This document shows, in pieces, positions 17,826 to 27,869 of a stretch of 64,000 nt of DNA (positions are counted from its first letter, which is position 1; the number at the start of each line of letters is the position of its first letter). The DNA is from Gemmatimonadota bacterium (GTDB lineage Bacteria > Gemmatimonadota > Gemmatimonadetes > Gemmatimonadales > GWC2-71-9), in the NCBI GenBank assembly GCA_031402225.1, contig JANNSD010000040.1:27710-91709 (forward strand), read 5' to 3'. The notes beneath the pieces are model-generated. The model saw only the letters and a list, made by a program, of their open reading frames with translations. It had not been told where the DNA came from and did no database searches. The position numbers and the translations under genes were made by a program.

Positions 17826-19235
17826 TCAACGGCCCGAGGTTGAGAGAAACACGGTGAACTGTGGCAGCGAAACCGAGGCGGAGGAACGCTGGGCGTAGGT
17901 GCTGCGCTGCACATACATGTTGTAGGCGGCTCCGACCGAAAGGCCGAGGGGCAGTGGCGCGCGCGCTTCCACGGTGCCGAACTGGATGAGTTTCGACTGC
18001 GACGCGCCGTTGACGGTGGCCGTCCAGAATCCGCGATACCCGACTGAGAGCACCCGGAAGCGTCGGTACTCGAGCTGGGCAAGGGCGCGACCTCCAACGC
18101 CGACGCCATAGTCGTAGGCTCGGCTCACGCGCTCCTCGGCATACGGATCGGAGCTAGCGACAATCGGCAGCAGCTCGGCGCTGAGGTCGGTGTTGAGCCG
18201 CCACGCGCTGTTACCGGTGCGCGACAGCAATCCGAGGCCGAAGCCCTGCTGCGAGAACTGGAAGGCCTCGTTCCACTGGTACTCGAAGTCCAGGAACACT
18301 CCCGACACATGGCGAGTGGGACCATTCCGTCGGCTGACGGTTGCCAGCATTCCGCGGGTGGCGATCTCCGTGACAGTGGTGCTTGGCCCGCTGGCGAGTT
18401 CCGCGCTGAAGGTGAACGAGGAGAACGGATGTACTGCGGCACCATTGAACGGGTCACCGTACTGCAGGTCGAACGCCGCGATCGCGACGTTCGTCTGGAT
18501 CGCGGGCGACCCCGTCGCCGGGAGTGTGATACGGCGCGCGCCGACCCCGACAGTGGCACGCAGGCTCTCCGGCCGACGATCAGCGGGATTGGCGCGCTGT
18601 TGCCATGTCTGGCCGCGGGAGAGCCGGTCGAGGCCCATCCCGGGATTGAAGAGCAGGACCATCGCTTCGCGCCAGACGCGATTGATGCCCGTGGCCCTGT
18701 TGTCAAGCACCAGCTGGGAGAGCTGCCGGGTGGCTTCTCCCAGTGTAATGCCGCTCAGGGTGGTGATGATCAGGTCATTGGCCGAGGGTGGCACCGGCTC
18801 GCCATAGAGCTCCCACATGAGGCTGCCAGCAAGCGTAAGCGGCGCCGAGCCCCAGAAGGAGAATCCGTTGGACCGGGCCACGTTGAAGTACACCGCGCCG
18901 CCATACGGGTGCTCGATGCTGTTGGTGCTGATGTTATTGCCGTCCCAGTTCCAGCCGCCGCGGGTATTGCGCCACCAGGTTTGCGGGCGCGTGCTGGGAA
19001 GGTTGCGTGCGAGGTTGTTGATGGCCACGGCGGCGCCGTTCACGATCACGAGGCCGGCCAGTGCCCGGAGCAGCTGCGGTTGCTGAAGATTGCCGGAAGG
19101 AACCGACGGCGGCTCAGTGGGGACCATGGGCGCGCTGTCGAGCGCGACGCCCGCTGGCTCGGCGCCCTGGGCGTGGGCGCTGGACACTGGGCCCAGGCTG
19201 AGGATCGCCAGTACCAAGAGGAGTGTGCGCAACAT
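17826..19235 (-). CDS. Secreted / outer-membrane hypothetical protein (possibly DUF3943-like)
   Basis: Signal peptide MLRTLLLVLAILSLGPVSSAHAQ defines the start at 19235. It is rich in aromatic-terminated beta-like segments. The family call comes from memory only. Confidence 0.5.
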   Translation of the reverse strand: MLRTLLLVLAILSLGPVSSAHAQGAEPAGVALDSAPMVPTEPPSVPSGNLQQPQLLRALAGLVIVNGAAVAINNLARNLPSTRPQTWWRNTRGGWNWDGNNISTNSIEHPYGGAVYFNVARSNGFSFWGSAPLTLAGSLMWELYGEPVPPSANDLIITTLSGITLGEATRQLSQLVLDNRATGINRVWREAMVLLFNPGMGLDRLSRGQTWQQRANPADRRPESLRATVGVGARRITLPATGSPAIQTNVAIAAFDLQYGDPFNGAAVHPFSSFTFSAELASGPSTTVTEIATRGMLATVSRRNGPTRHVSGVFLDFEYQWNEAFQFSQQGFGLGLLSRTGNSAWRLNTDLSAELLPIVASSDPYAEERVSRAYDYGVGVGGRALAQLEYRRFRVLSVGYRGFWTATVNGASQSKLIQFGTVEARAPLPLGLSVGAAYNMYVQRSTYAQRSSASVSLPQFTVFLSTSGR

Positions 19236-19434
19236 TAGGCGGGGGATGGTACCGCGGCCCGGCTTGAGGTAAAAGGGGTGCCGGACAGGGAGTGGGGGAA
19301 CCGATACGATGCAACGGGGAAGGAGAGGTATTGCCATAAGTAGTAGTTAATACAACTTCTGTCAGCAGGTCACCCTTCGCACCATAATGTTGGAGTGAAT
19401 TGACAAATGACCCTCTAGACTCGATCTTTTCCGC

Positions 19435-20151
19435 ATGTCGTCCTTCGTACCCTCTCCGCCACTCTTCGGCCAGCGTGGTCCTCGGAGCGAGATGCTCCTG
19501 GCACTGAAGCGTGCGGGCCAGCTGACCGCCAAGGAGTTGTCCGGGCACTTGGAGCTGTCGCTCAACGCCGTGCGTCACCACCTGAAGGAACTGGAACTCG
19601 AGCAGCTGGTGGTGTACGAGCGGCAGCATCGCGGGGTGGGCGCGCCAGTATTCGCGTATCGGCTTTCGGCGGCGAGCGAGTCACTGTTTCCGCGGCGGTA
19701 TGAGGAGACGCTGACCCAACTGCTGGACCAGGTGGCGCTGCGCGACGGCCGTGCGGGTGCGGTGGCGATGCTCGAGGGGCGATTTGAGGCTCTTGCCAAG
19801 CGCCTGCGAGAGGAGTTGGTCGACGAGCCGCCGGAGCGCCGAATGGAGATCGTCACGCGCGCACTGGCGGACGAGGGGTACATGGCGGAGTGGCAGGCGT
19901 CGGGCCAGGATGGGGCAACGCTCAAGGAGCACAACTGCGCCATCCAGGCGGTGGCGGAGCGGTACCCGGAAATCTGCGTCGCCGAGCGGCGGTTCCTCGA
20001 GGAGGTGCTGTCAGCCGCGGTCGACCGGAAGGCGCACATCCTCGCCGGGTGCACCGCGTGCGAGTATCACGTCCAGTTCGACGACGGCGCAGGACGGGCC
20101 GGTGTCGTGCAGATCACGCCGCGCGAGGCGCGGCCAGGAGACCAGGCATGA
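19435..20151 (+). CDS. sufR: SufR-like winged-helix regulator with C-terminal Cys cluster
   Basis: ArsR-type HTH ([25 protein letters not shown]). C-terminal cysteines are at HNCAI, EICVAE and GCTACE. It lies immediately upstream of, and overlaps, sufB (ATGA). Confidence 0.65.
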   Translation: MSSFVPSPPLFGQRGPRSEMLLALKRAGQLTAKELSGHLELSLNAVRHHLKELELEQLVVYERQHRGVGAPVFAYRLSAASESLFPRRYEETLTQLLDQVALRDGRAGAVAMLEGRFEALAKRLREELVDEPPERRMEIVTRALADEGYMAEWQASGQDGATLKEHNCAIQAVAERYPEICVAERRFLEEVLSAAVDRKAHILAGCTACEYHVQFDDGAGRAGVVQITPREARPGDQA

Positions 20152-21584
20152 CCAGTCCGTCCGTGGAATCGCTGGTGCAACGGGAATACAAGTACGGCTT
20201 CGTCACCGACATTGAGGCCGACACCATCCCCAAGGGTCTCTCGGAGGATGTGGTCCGGCTCATCTCGGAGAAGAAGGGCGAGCCGGCCTGGTTGCTGGAG
20301 TGGCGGCTCAAGGCCTACCGTGGCTGGCTCAAGATGTCGGAGCCGCACTGGCCCAACGTCACCTACAAGCCGATCGACTATCAGGACGTCATTTACTACT
20401 CGGCGCCGAAGAACAAGACCAAGCTGGCCAGCCTGGACGACGCCGACCCGAAGCTGATCGAGACCTACCAGAAGCTGGGCATTCCGCTCAATGAGCAGAA
20501 GCTGCTCGCGGGCGTGGCGGTGGACGCGATCTTCGACTCGGTCTCGGTGGGCACGACGTACAAGGCCAAGCTCATGGAGCAGGGAATCATTTTCTGCTCC
20601 TTCAGCGAGGCGGTACGGGAGCATCCCGAGCTGATCCGGAAGTACCTGGGCTCGGTGGTGCCGGCGAGCGACAACTTCTTCGCGGCGCTCAACTCGGCGG
20701 TCTTCTCGGACGGCTCCTTCGTGTACATCCCGAAGGGCGTCCGGTGTCCCATGGAGCTTTCGACGTACTTCCGCATCAACACCGCGGAGACGGGCCAGTT
20801 CGAGCGCACCCTCATCGTGGCCGACGAGGGGGCGCACGTGAGCTACCTCGAGGGATGCACGGCACCGAAGCGGGACGAGAACCAGCTGCATGCGGCGGTG
20901 GTGGAGCTGGTGGCGCTGCCGGGTGCGACGATCAAGTACTCCACGGTGCAGAACTGGTATGCCGGCGACGAGCACGGCGTGGGCGGGATCTTCAACTTCG
21001 TCACCAAGCGCGGCCGGGCGATGGAGCGGGCCAAGATTTCCTGGACCCAGGTGGAAACCGGCTCCGCGATCACCTGGAAGTACCCCAGCGTCATCCTGCA
21101 GGGCGATGACTCGGTGGGCGAGTTCTACTCGGTGGCGGTGGTGAACGGGAAGCAGCAGGCCGACACCGGTACCAAGATGATCCACATCGGCAGGAACACG
21201 AAGAGCACGGTGGTGTCGAAGGGCATCTCGGCGGGTCAGGGCAACAACAGCTATCGCGGCCTGGTAAAGATGCTGCCCAAGGCGGCGGGTTCGCGAAACT
21301 ATACCCAGTGCGATTCGATGCTGATCGGAAACCGGTGCGGGGCACACACTTTTCCGTACATCGATGTGCAGAACGCGACGAGCGACGTGGAGCATGAGGC
21401 GTCCACGTCGAAGATCGGCGAGGACCAGATCTTCTATTGCAAGCAGCGCGGGCTCAACACCGAGAACGCCATCTCGCTCATCGTGAACGGCTTCTGCAAG
21501 GAAGTGTTCAAGGAGCTGCCGATGGAGTTTGCGGTGGAAGCGCAGAAGCTGCTGGGCGTTTCACTTGAGGGGAGTGTCGGGTAA
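20148..21584 (+). CDS. sufB: Fe-S cluster assembly scaffold SufB
   Basis: Start [18 protein letters not shown]. Highly conserved SufB sequence throughout (e.g. [31 protein letters not shown]). Confidence 0.95.
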   Translation: MTSPSVESLVQREYKYGFVTDIEADTIPKGLSEDVVRLISEKKGEPAWLLEWRLKAYRGWLKMSEPHWPNVTYKPIDYQDVIYYSAPKNKTKLASLDDADPKLIETYQKLGIPLNEQKLLAGVAVDAIFDSVSVGTTYKAKLMEQGIIFCSFSEAVREHPELIRKYLGSVVPASDNFFAALNSAVFSDGSFVYIPKGVRCPMELSTYFRINTAETGQFERTLIVADEGAHVSYLEGCTAPKRDENQLHAAVVELVALPGATIKYSTVQNWYAGDEHGVGGIFNFVTKRGRAMERAKISWTQVETGSAITWKYPSVILQGDDSVGEFYSVAVVNGKQQADTGTKMIHIGRNTKSTVVSKGISAGQGNNSYRGLVKMLPKAAGSRNYTQCDSMLIGNRCGAHTFPYIDVQNATSDVEHEASTSKIGEDQIFYCKQRGLNTENAISLIVNGFCKEVFKELPMEFAVEAQKLLGVSLEGSVG

Positions 21585-21587
21585 GCA

Positions 21588-21608
21588 GTCGTGAGTCGTG
21601 AGTCGTGA
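21588..21608. repeat. Tandem heptamer array GTCGTGA x3 inside the suf operon
   Basis: Read directly in the 61-nt sufB-sufC spacer, with degenerate units up to ~21622. Confidence 0.9.
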
Positions 21609-21645
21609 GAGAGTCGGCAGTCATCAATGCTCAAGGAGTAGCGAC

Positions 21646-22410
21646 GTGTTAGAAGTCCTGAATCTGAGTGCGTCAGTGGGCGACCGGGAAATTCTTCGCG
21701 GTGTGAACCTCACGGTGAATGCGGGTGAGGTGCACGCCATCATGGGGCCGAACGGCTCGGGCAAGAGCACGCTGGCGCAGGTGCTGGCGGGCCACCCGTC
21801 GTACACGGTGACGGGAGGCGAGGTGCGCTACGAGGGCGAGGACCTGCTCGACCTGGAGCCGGAGGAGCGGGCACAGAAGGGCGTGTTCCTGGCCTTCCAG
21901 TATCCCGTCGAGATCCCCGGCGTCACCAACGCCTACTTCCTGCGCGCGGCCTACAACGAGATCCGGAAGGCGAAGGGTCTCGAGGAAGCCGACCCGATGG
22001 ACTTCCTCGACGTGCTCGAGGAAAAGCTCAAGGTCGTGGAGTGGGGACCGGAGATCATGTCGCGCTTCGTGAACGCCGGTTTTTCGGGCGGTGAGAAGAA
22101 GCGGAACGAGATCCTGCAGATGGCGGTCATGGAGCCGAAGCTCGCGATCCTCGACGAAACCGATTCGGGCCTCGATATCGATGCGCTCCGCATCGTGGCG
22201 GGCGGGGTCAACCGGCTCAAGCGTCCCGACAGCGCCACCATCGTGGTGACGCACTACCAGCGGCTGCTCAACTACATCGTGCCCGACTTCGTGCACGTGC
22301 TGGTGAGCGGCCGGATCGTGAAGTCGGGCGGCAAGGAGCTGGCACTGGAGCTCGAGGCCCGCGGCTACGAGTGGATCGAGGACCTGGCGGGCTCGGGGGC
22401 CACGGCATGA
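21646..22410 (+). CDS. sufC: Fe-S cluster assembly ATPase SufC
   Basis: Walker A GPNGSGKST, signature FSGGEKKR and Walker B LAILDETDSG. GTG at 21646 is preferred because the ORF-track start at 21598 lies in the repeat. Confidence 0.93.
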   Translation: MLEVLNLSASVGDREILRGVNLTVNAGEVHAIMGPNGSGKSTLAQVLAGHPSYTVTGGEVRYEGEDLLDLEPEERAQKGVFLAFQYPVEIPGVTNAYFLRAAYNEIRKAKGLEEADPMDFLDVLEEKLKVVEWGPEIMSRFVNAGFSGGEKKRNEILQMAVMEPKLAILDETDSGLDIDALRIVAGGVNRLKRPDSATIVVTHYQRLLNYIVPDFVHVLVSGRIVKSGGKELALELEARGYEWIEDLAGSGATA

Positions 22411-23687
22411 CGGCAGTCGCCGACCGGGTCGACACCACGCTGCCAGCGTGGCTGCTGGCACTGCGGCAGCAGGGAGGCCAGCGCTTCGCCGAGCTGGGAC
22501 TGCCCAAGTCAAAGGACGAGGAGTGGCGGTTCACTCCGATCTCGCCGATTTCGTCAGCGACATTTGGCGTGGCACCGGAAGCGAGCGTTTCCCTCGACGC
22601 GCTGGCGCCGTTCATGTTCGGGCACGCGGAGTGGCCGAGGCTGGTGTTCGTGAATGGCCGGTACAGCGCCGAGCTGTCGTCGGTGTCGGTCGAGAGCGGT
22701 GTGCGGGTCGAGAGCCTGGCGCTGGTCCGGAGCGGGAATGCGGCGCTGGAGAAGCACCTGGGCCGGCATGTCGCCATCGATGCGACGCCGTTCGTGGCGT
22801 GGAACACCGGGCAGATCACCGATGGGGCGTTCGTGCATGTGCCGGCACGCGCCGACCTGGCACAGCCGATCCACCTGCTGTTCGTGACGGCCGCGGGCGC
22901 GGCCGATTCGGTGGTGTACCCCCGCAACCTGGTGGTGGTGGAGCGCGAGGCGCGGGCCTCGATCATCGAGAGCTACGTGATGCTGGGCGATGCGGAGCGG
23001 TACCTCACCAACACCGTCTGTGAAGTGGTGGTTGGGGAGAACGCGTGGGTGGAGCACACACGGATCCAGCGGGAGAGCGAGCGCGCCTTTCACATCGGGT
23101 GCACGCATGTGGCCCAGGAGCGCGACAGCCACTACCGCAACTTCAGTTTTGCCATGGGTGGGGCCATTGCGCGGCACGACCTGCAGAGCCACCTGAACGC
23201 CGCCAACGTCGAGAGCCTGCTCTACGGCCTCTACTTCGGTCGTGACGACCAGCTGGTGGACAACCACACGGCGATCTTCCATGACCATCCCAACTGTCGG
23301 AGCTGGGAGGTGTATAAGGGCATCCTTGACGGCAAGTCGCACGGGGTGTTCAACGGGAAGATCTTCGTGACGCCCGAGGCGCAGAAGACCGACGCGAAGC
23401 AGACCAACCGCGCGCTCCTGCTGTCGGAGACGGCCAAGATCGACACCAAGCCGCAGCTGGAGATCTTTGCGGACGACGTGAAGTGCACCCATGGAGCCAC
23501 GGTGGGGGCGCTCAACGAGAACATGCTCTTCTACCTGCAGAGCCGGTGTATCCCGCATGCGGCGGCGCGCCGGTTCCTGACGTACGCTTTTGCGGCGGAG
23601 GTGGTAGCCGAGGTGGCGCTGGAGCCGGTCCGCGCGGAGCTGGATAGACTGGTGCAGGAGAGAGTTGGAGTGGGGCTGGGCGCGTAG
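22407..23687 (+). CDS. sufD: Fe-S cluster assembly protein SufD
   Basis: The ATG overlaps the sufC stop (ATGA). The C-terminal region (KPQLEIFADDVKCTHGATVG) is typical of SufD. Confidence 0.9.
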   Translation: MTAVADRVDTTLPAWLLALRQQGGQRFAELGLPKSKDEEWRFTPISPISSATFGVAPEASVSLDALAPFMFGHAEWPRLVFVNGRYSAELSSVSVESGVRVESLALVRSGNAALEKHLGRHVAIDATPFVAWNTGQITDGAFVHVPARADLAQPIHLLFVTAAGAADSVVYPRNLVVVEREARASIIESYVMLGDAERYLTNTVCEVVVGENAWVEHTRIQRESERAFHIGCTHVAQERDSHYRNFSFAMGGAIARHDLQSHLNAANVESLLYGLYFGRDDQLVDNHTAIFHDHPNCRSWEVYKGILDGKSHGVFNGKIFVTPEAQKTDAKQTNRALLLSETAKIDTKPQLEIFADDVKCTHGATVGALNENMLFYLQSRCIPHAAARRFLTYAFAAEVVAEVALEPVRAELDRLVQERVGVGLGA

Positions 23688-23690
23688 GGT

Positions 23691-23741
23691 GGGAGACGGA
23701 AGACGGGAGACGGGAGACGGAAGACGGAAGACGGGAGACGA
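23691..23741. repeat. Tandem heptamer array GGAGACG/GAAGACG x7 inside the suf operon
   Basis: Read directly. It fills the whole sufD-sufS spacer. Confidence 0.9.
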
Positions 23742-23744
23742 GGC

Positions 23745-24980
23745 GTGAAGAATTCTGTGAGCGGGACAGAGCTGGCGGTCGGGGCGGAGATACGGGATGA
23801 GTTCCCGATCTTCGACGCCCACCCCAACCTCGTTTATCTCGACAGCGCGGCCACGTCGCAGAAGCCGCAGCGGGTCATCGACCGGCTAAGCCGCTTTTTC
23901 GCCGAGGAGAACGCGAACATCCATCGCGGGGTGTATGCGCTGAGCGGGGAAGCCACGGCGATGTACGATGCAGCGCGTGAAGGGGTGGCGCGGTTCATCG
24001 GCGCGGCCCTGCCCCGCGAAGTCATCTTCACTCGTGGCACGACGGAGAGCATCAACCTCGTGGCCCAGAGCTGGGGCCGTGCCAACGTGAGGGCCGGCGA
24101 CGAGATCCTGGTCACCGAGATGGAGCATCACTCGAACTGGGTGCCCTGGCAGGTATTGGCCCAGGCGACCGGGGCCACCCTGCGCGTGGCGCCGGTGACC
24201 GAGGCGGGCGAGCTCGACCTCGATGCCATGACGCGCCTGATCACGCCGCGCACGCGCCTGGTCGCGGTGACGCACCTTTCCAATGTGCTTGGCACCATCA
24301 ACCCGATCCGGCGTATCGCCGACCTGGCGCATGCCGCCGGCGCACTGGTGCTGGTGGACGGGGCGCAATCGGTGGCCCATGGCGCGGTGGATGTCCTGGC
24401 ACTGGGCTGTGACTTCTTTGCCTTCTCTGGGCACAAGCTCTTCGGGCCGACGGGTATCGGCGTGCTCTACGGGCGGGAGGCGCTGCTGGAGCAGATGTCG
24501 CCGTGGCAGGTGGGCGGCGGGATGATCGGAGCGGTGTCGCTTGAGGAAACGACCTGGGCTGAGCTGCCGATGAAGTTCGAGGCCGGTACCCCACCCATTG
24601 CGGAGGCGGTGGGGCTGGCTGAGGCGATCGCCTTCGTCGACTCGGTGGGTGCCAGCGCGATCGCGGCGCACGAGGCGGAGTTGCTCTCGCTCGCCACCGA
24701 TCGGCTTACCGCCATTCCCGGTGTTCGCATCATCGGCACGGCGGCGCACCGCGCGTCGGTCATCTCGTTCGTGCTCGAGGGGGTGCATCCGCACGACCTC
24801 GGAACGGTGCTGGACGAGGACGGGATCGCGATCCGGGCAGGGCATCACTGTGCCCAGCCGCTGATGCGCCGCTTCGGGCTGGCGGCCACGGCGCGGGCGT
24901 CATTCAGCGTGTACAACACCACTGAGGACGTGGAGGCGCTGGGCCGCGGCATCGAGCGCGCCCGGACGCTGTTCGCCTGA
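23745..24980 (+). CDS. sufS: Cysteine desulfurase SufS (group II)
   Basis: LVYLDSAATSQKP, the PLP lysine region FSGHKLFGPTGIG and the active-site loop RAGHHCAQP. GTG start. Confidence 0.9.
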   Translation: MKNSVSGTELAVGAEIRDEFPIFDAHPNLVYLDSAATSQKPQRVIDRLSRFFAEENANIHRGVYALSGEATAMYDAAREGVARFIGAALPREVIFTRGTTESINLVAQSWGRANVRAGDEILVTEMEHHSNWVPWQVLAQATGATLRVAPVTEAGELDLDAMTRLITPRTRLVAVTHLSNVLGTINPIRRIADLAHAAGALVLVDGAQSVAHGAVDVLALGCDFFAFSGHKLFGPTGIGVLYGREALLEQMSPWQVGGGMIGAVSLEETTWAELPMKFEAGTPPIAEAVGLAEAIAFVDSVGASAIAAHEAELLSLATDRLTAIPGVRIIGTAAHRASVISFVLEGVHPHDLGTVLDEDGIAIRAGHHCAQPLMRRFGLAATARASFSVYNTTEDVEALGRGIERARTLFA

Positions 24981-25420
24981 TGTCATCGGTCAGCGAGCTG
25001 TACCAGAGCGTGATCCTGGACCACAACAAGACCCCCCGCAACTATGGCCGCATCGAGGGTCCGGCGGCCGCGCACGCCAAGGGGCACAATCCGCTCTGCG
25101 GCGACCAGGTGACGGTGTGGCTGGAGTTCGAGGGCGATGTGGTGAAGGATGTGCGCTTCGAGGATGAGGGTAAGGGATGCGCCATTTCGCGCGCATCGGC
25201 GTCGCTGATGACCATGGCGGTCAAAGGCCATCACAAAGATGACGTGCTCCGAATGTTTGGTGCCTTTCACAGCCTGGTGACCGGAGTGAAGTCAGCCGAA
25301 ACCGAGGCGCTGCCGGCCCGGCTGCAGGTGTTCGCGAACGTGTCCCAGTTCCCGATTCGGGTGAAGTGCGCGAGCCTGGCGTGGCATACGATGAAGAAGG
25401 CACTAGACGATACAGCGTGA
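24980..25420 (+). CDS. sufU: SufU/IscU-type sulfur-transfer scaffold
   Basis: NPLCGD, GKGCAISRASAS and RVKCASLAW motifs. The ATG overlaps the sufS stop (TGATG). Confidence 0.85.
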   Translation: MSSVSELYQSVILDHNKTPRNYGRIEGPAAAHAKGHNPLCGDQVTVWLEFEGDVVKDVRFEDEGKGCAISRASASLMTMAVKGHHKDDVLRMFGAFHSLVTGVKSAETEALPARLQVFANVSQFPIRVKCASLAWHTMKKALDDTA

Positions 25421-25456
25421 GGAGGAACAGCAACAGCGTGAGGAGTGAGGGGGAAC
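25415..25456. repeat. ~42-bp dispersed element GCGTGAGGAGGAACnnnnACnGCGTGAGGAGTGAGGGGGAAC (copy A)
   Basis: 38/42 identical to 29181..29222. It overlaps the sufU stop, and its 3' part pairs with ccctcactcc at 25461-25470 to form a hairpin. Confidence 0.8.
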
Positions 25457-25516
25457 TCGCCCTCACTCCTTACTCCTCAGGCAGTTTGTTTTCAACGATC
25501 TAATCAGAGGATTGGA

Positions 25517-25963
25517 ATGCCTTACTCAGAGATGATGGTCAAGCCCATGCGCGAGGAGATGGTTGCGATGGGCGCGCAGGAACTGAAGACGGTCGAGCAG
25601 GTGGACGCCGAGCTGGGTGACCAGCGCGGCACGACGCTCGTATTCGTGAACTCGGTGTGTGGCTGTGCGGCGGGCAACGCGCGGCCGGCACTGCGAGCAG
25701 CGCTCAAGCACGCGGCGAAGCCGGACCGGGTGGTGACGGTATTCGCGGGGCAGGACCTGCCGGCGACGACGCGGGCGCGGCAGTTCTTCGCCGACTACCA
25801 GCCGAGCTCGCCGTCGATCGCGCTGTTCAAGGATGGCGAGGTGGTGGCGTTCATTCACCGGCACCAGATCGAGGGGCGTGGTCCGGATGCGGTAGCGAAG
25901 GACCTGGTGACCGCATTCGACCAGTACTGCGGCGCCGGTGAGGCATCGGGGGCTGCGAGTTGA
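25517..25963 (+). CDS. Bacilliredoxin-like protein (YphP/YqiW, DUF1094 family)
   Basis: LVFVNSVCGCAAGNARPA contains the CGC redox motif characteristic of this family. The start is at MPYSEMM. Confidence 0.7.
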   Translation: MPYSEMMVKPMREEMVAMGAQELKTVEQVDAELGDQRGTTLVFVNSVCGCAAGNARPALRAALKHAAKPDRVVTVFAGQDLPATTRARQFFADYQPSSPSIALFKDGEVVAFIHRHQIEGRGPDAVAKDLVTAFDQYCGAGEASGAAS

Positions 25964-26241
25964 GCGGGCACGTCTTTCACCCGGGGCACGAAGAGCTCCA
26001 CGGGATCACCGTGGTGCTTGACGGAGTGTCTGGCAAGACGTACGTCGGGCGGTACCATGAACGCACAGACTCCGGCCTGCTGCTCCACGATGTTGGCGTA
26101 CATGACCCGGCCGGCGGCGTGACCCGCGCGGAGTACCTGCAGCGCACGAACAAGTTTGGCATCCGCGCCGACCACAAGCATCTGGTTGTTCCGCACGACG
26201 AGGTGGCTGGTCTGGTGCCCCTCAACCAAGTGGTCGGGTAG
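25960..26241 (+). CDS. Hypothetical protein (93 aa)
   Basis: The TTG start overlaps the previous stop. Good GC3 bias. No family was recognised. Confidence 0.45.
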   Translation: MSGHVFHPGHEELHGITVVLDGVSGKTYVGRYHERTDSGLLLHDVGVHDPAGGVTRAEYLQRTNKFGIRADHKHLVVPHDEVAGLVPLNQVVG

Positions 26242-26776
26242 CCAGCACCTCGGCGAGGGGGCGTGGCGGCTGGACCCCTGGTTCTCTCGGCGCCAGGGGT
26301 CGGTGGAGCCAGATCACATCGTGCCAGCAGCCGAACTTGTAGCCAATTCCCCGATAGACCCCGACCTCCTCGAATCCCATTGACTGGTGGAAGCCGACGC
26401 TTGCCGGATTGGGCAGAGTGATCCCGGCGTAGGCGTTGACAAAGCCCTGCGCGGCCAGGATGTCAAAGAGCGCGGTGTACAGCGTGCGTCCGTGGCCCTG
26501 TCGATGTGCGTCGTGAGCGACGTAGGCGGATACCTCGACCGACCACTGATAGGCTGGTCGGTCCCGGTGCGGCCCCGCGTAGGCATACCCCACCAGGCGG
26601 CCGCGGTCCTCCAGCACGAGCCAGGGGGTTCGAGCAATCACGGCGTCTACCCGGCGGGCCATCTCCAACCCGTCGGGTGGAACCAGTTCGAACGAAGTGG
26701 TGCGCTCGGTGACGGCGGGGGCGTAGATCTCGGCGAGCCGGGCGCCATCAGCGGGTACCGCCAGTCGAAGTATCAC
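26222..26776 (-). CDS. GNAT N-acetyltransferase (phosphinothricin acetyltransferase-like)
   Basis: Fits the PAT subfamily pattern: TSFELVPP, VGYAYAGPHRDRPAYQWSVEVSAYV, RQGHGRTLY. Confidence 0.85.
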   Translation of the reverse strand: MILRLAVPADGARLAEIYAPAVTERTTSFELVPPDGLEMARRVDAVIARTPWLVLEDRGRLVGYAYAGPHRDRPAYQWSVEVSAYVAHDAHRQGHGRTLYTALFDILAAQGFVNAYAGITLPNPASVGFHQSMGFEEVGVYRGIGYKFGCWHDVIWLHRPLAPREPGVQPPRPLAEVLATRPLG

Positions 26777-26909
26777 CCGGGCGTGCCTGACAGGGTTGTC
26801 GGAAAGCTAGCAGCATGCGCCAGACGCCCGCGAAACATCCCCCGACCCGTAGCCGTAGGACAGCGCGCTTCGGGGAAATGAACGTCCCTGCCCTCCGTGT
26901 GGAGTATTC

Positions 26910-27869
26910 ATGTACCAGAACGCCATCGAGCTGCACGGCATTTCCAAGCGATTTGCGGGTCACACCGCGGTGCGGAGCCTGTCGCTCACGGTGCCGCGGG
27001 GCGGGATCTACGGGCTGTTGGGCCCGAACGGTGCCGGCAAGAGCACCACGATCCGGATGATCCTCAGCATCCTGCTTCCCGACGATGGCACGGTGACGCT
27101 CTTCGGCGGGGAGCCGGCGAGCCGAGACCTCTCCGAACGCATCGGCTACCTGCCGGAGGAGCGCGGCCTCTACCCGCGAATGAAGGTGGCGGAGCAACTC
27201 ACCTTCCTGGGGGAGGCCAAGGGACTGCCCCGCAAGCGCGCCCGCGAGCTCACGGCCCAGTGGTTGGCTCGGCTCGGCATCGCGGACTGGGGGGGCAAAA
27301 AGGTCCAGGATCTCTCGAAGGGGATGCAGCAGAAGGTGCAATTCATTGGCGCCCTGCTGCATGAACCGGAGCTGGTCATCCTCGACGAACCGTTCAGCGG
27401 ACTTGATCCAGTCAATAGCCAGGTCATGCGCGACGTGGTGGTTGAGATCGCGCGGGGAGGCGGTACCGTGCTGTTCTCGACGCACATCATGGAGCAGGCG
27501 GAGAAGATGTGCGACCGGGTCGCCATCATCGCGCGGGGCGAAAAGGTGGTGGATGGGCGGCTGGCCGATATCAAGAGTGAAGCGGGAGGGCGGCATGTGG
27601 CACTCGCGTTCCACCGGCACCAGGACGTGGCGGCACGGGTCCTCGGGGACCGGTCGTTGGTGGCACGGGTGGACGACTACGGTGCCAGCGCCGAGGCGGA
27701 GCTGGCGGAGGGCGCGACCAGCGACCAGTTGCTCCAGGCGCTGGTAGGCGCGGACGTGGGGATCTCGCGGTTCGAGGTGGTGGAGGCGTCGCTCCAGTCG
27801 ATCTTCATCGCCAAGGTGGGCACCGACGCGGCCAGCGCGCCCGCGAGGGAGGACATGGCTCATGCATAA
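26910..27869 (+). CDS. ABC-2 type exporter ATP-binding protein (NatA-like)
   Basis: Walker A GPNGAGKST, signature LSKGMQQK, Walker B LVILDEPFSGLD. Confidence 0.9.
   Translation: MYQNAIELHGISKRFAGHTAVRSLSLTVPRGGIYGLLGPNGAGKSTTIRMILSILLPDDGTVTLFGGEPASRDLSERIGYLPEERGLYPRMKVAEQLTFLGEAKGLPRKRARELTAQWLARLGIADWGGKKVQDLSKGMQQKVQFIGALLHEPELVILDEPFSGLDPVNSQVMRDVVVEIARGGGTVLFSTHIMEQAEKMCDRVAIIARGEKVVDGRLADIKSEAGGRHVALAFHRHQDVAARVLGDRSLVARVDDYGASAEAELAEGATSDQLLQALVGADVGISRFEVVEASLQSIFIAKVGTDAASAPAREDMAHA

Noticed and set aside
19340-19434. SufR operator (CAAC-N6-GTTG type) and a TTGACA -35 hexamer in the sufR upstream region.
   Set aside because: CAAC and GTTG occur but about 35 bp apart rather than N6. 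The TTGACA lies only ~25 nt from the ATG with no acceptable -10 at 17 bp. This is not enough support for a call.
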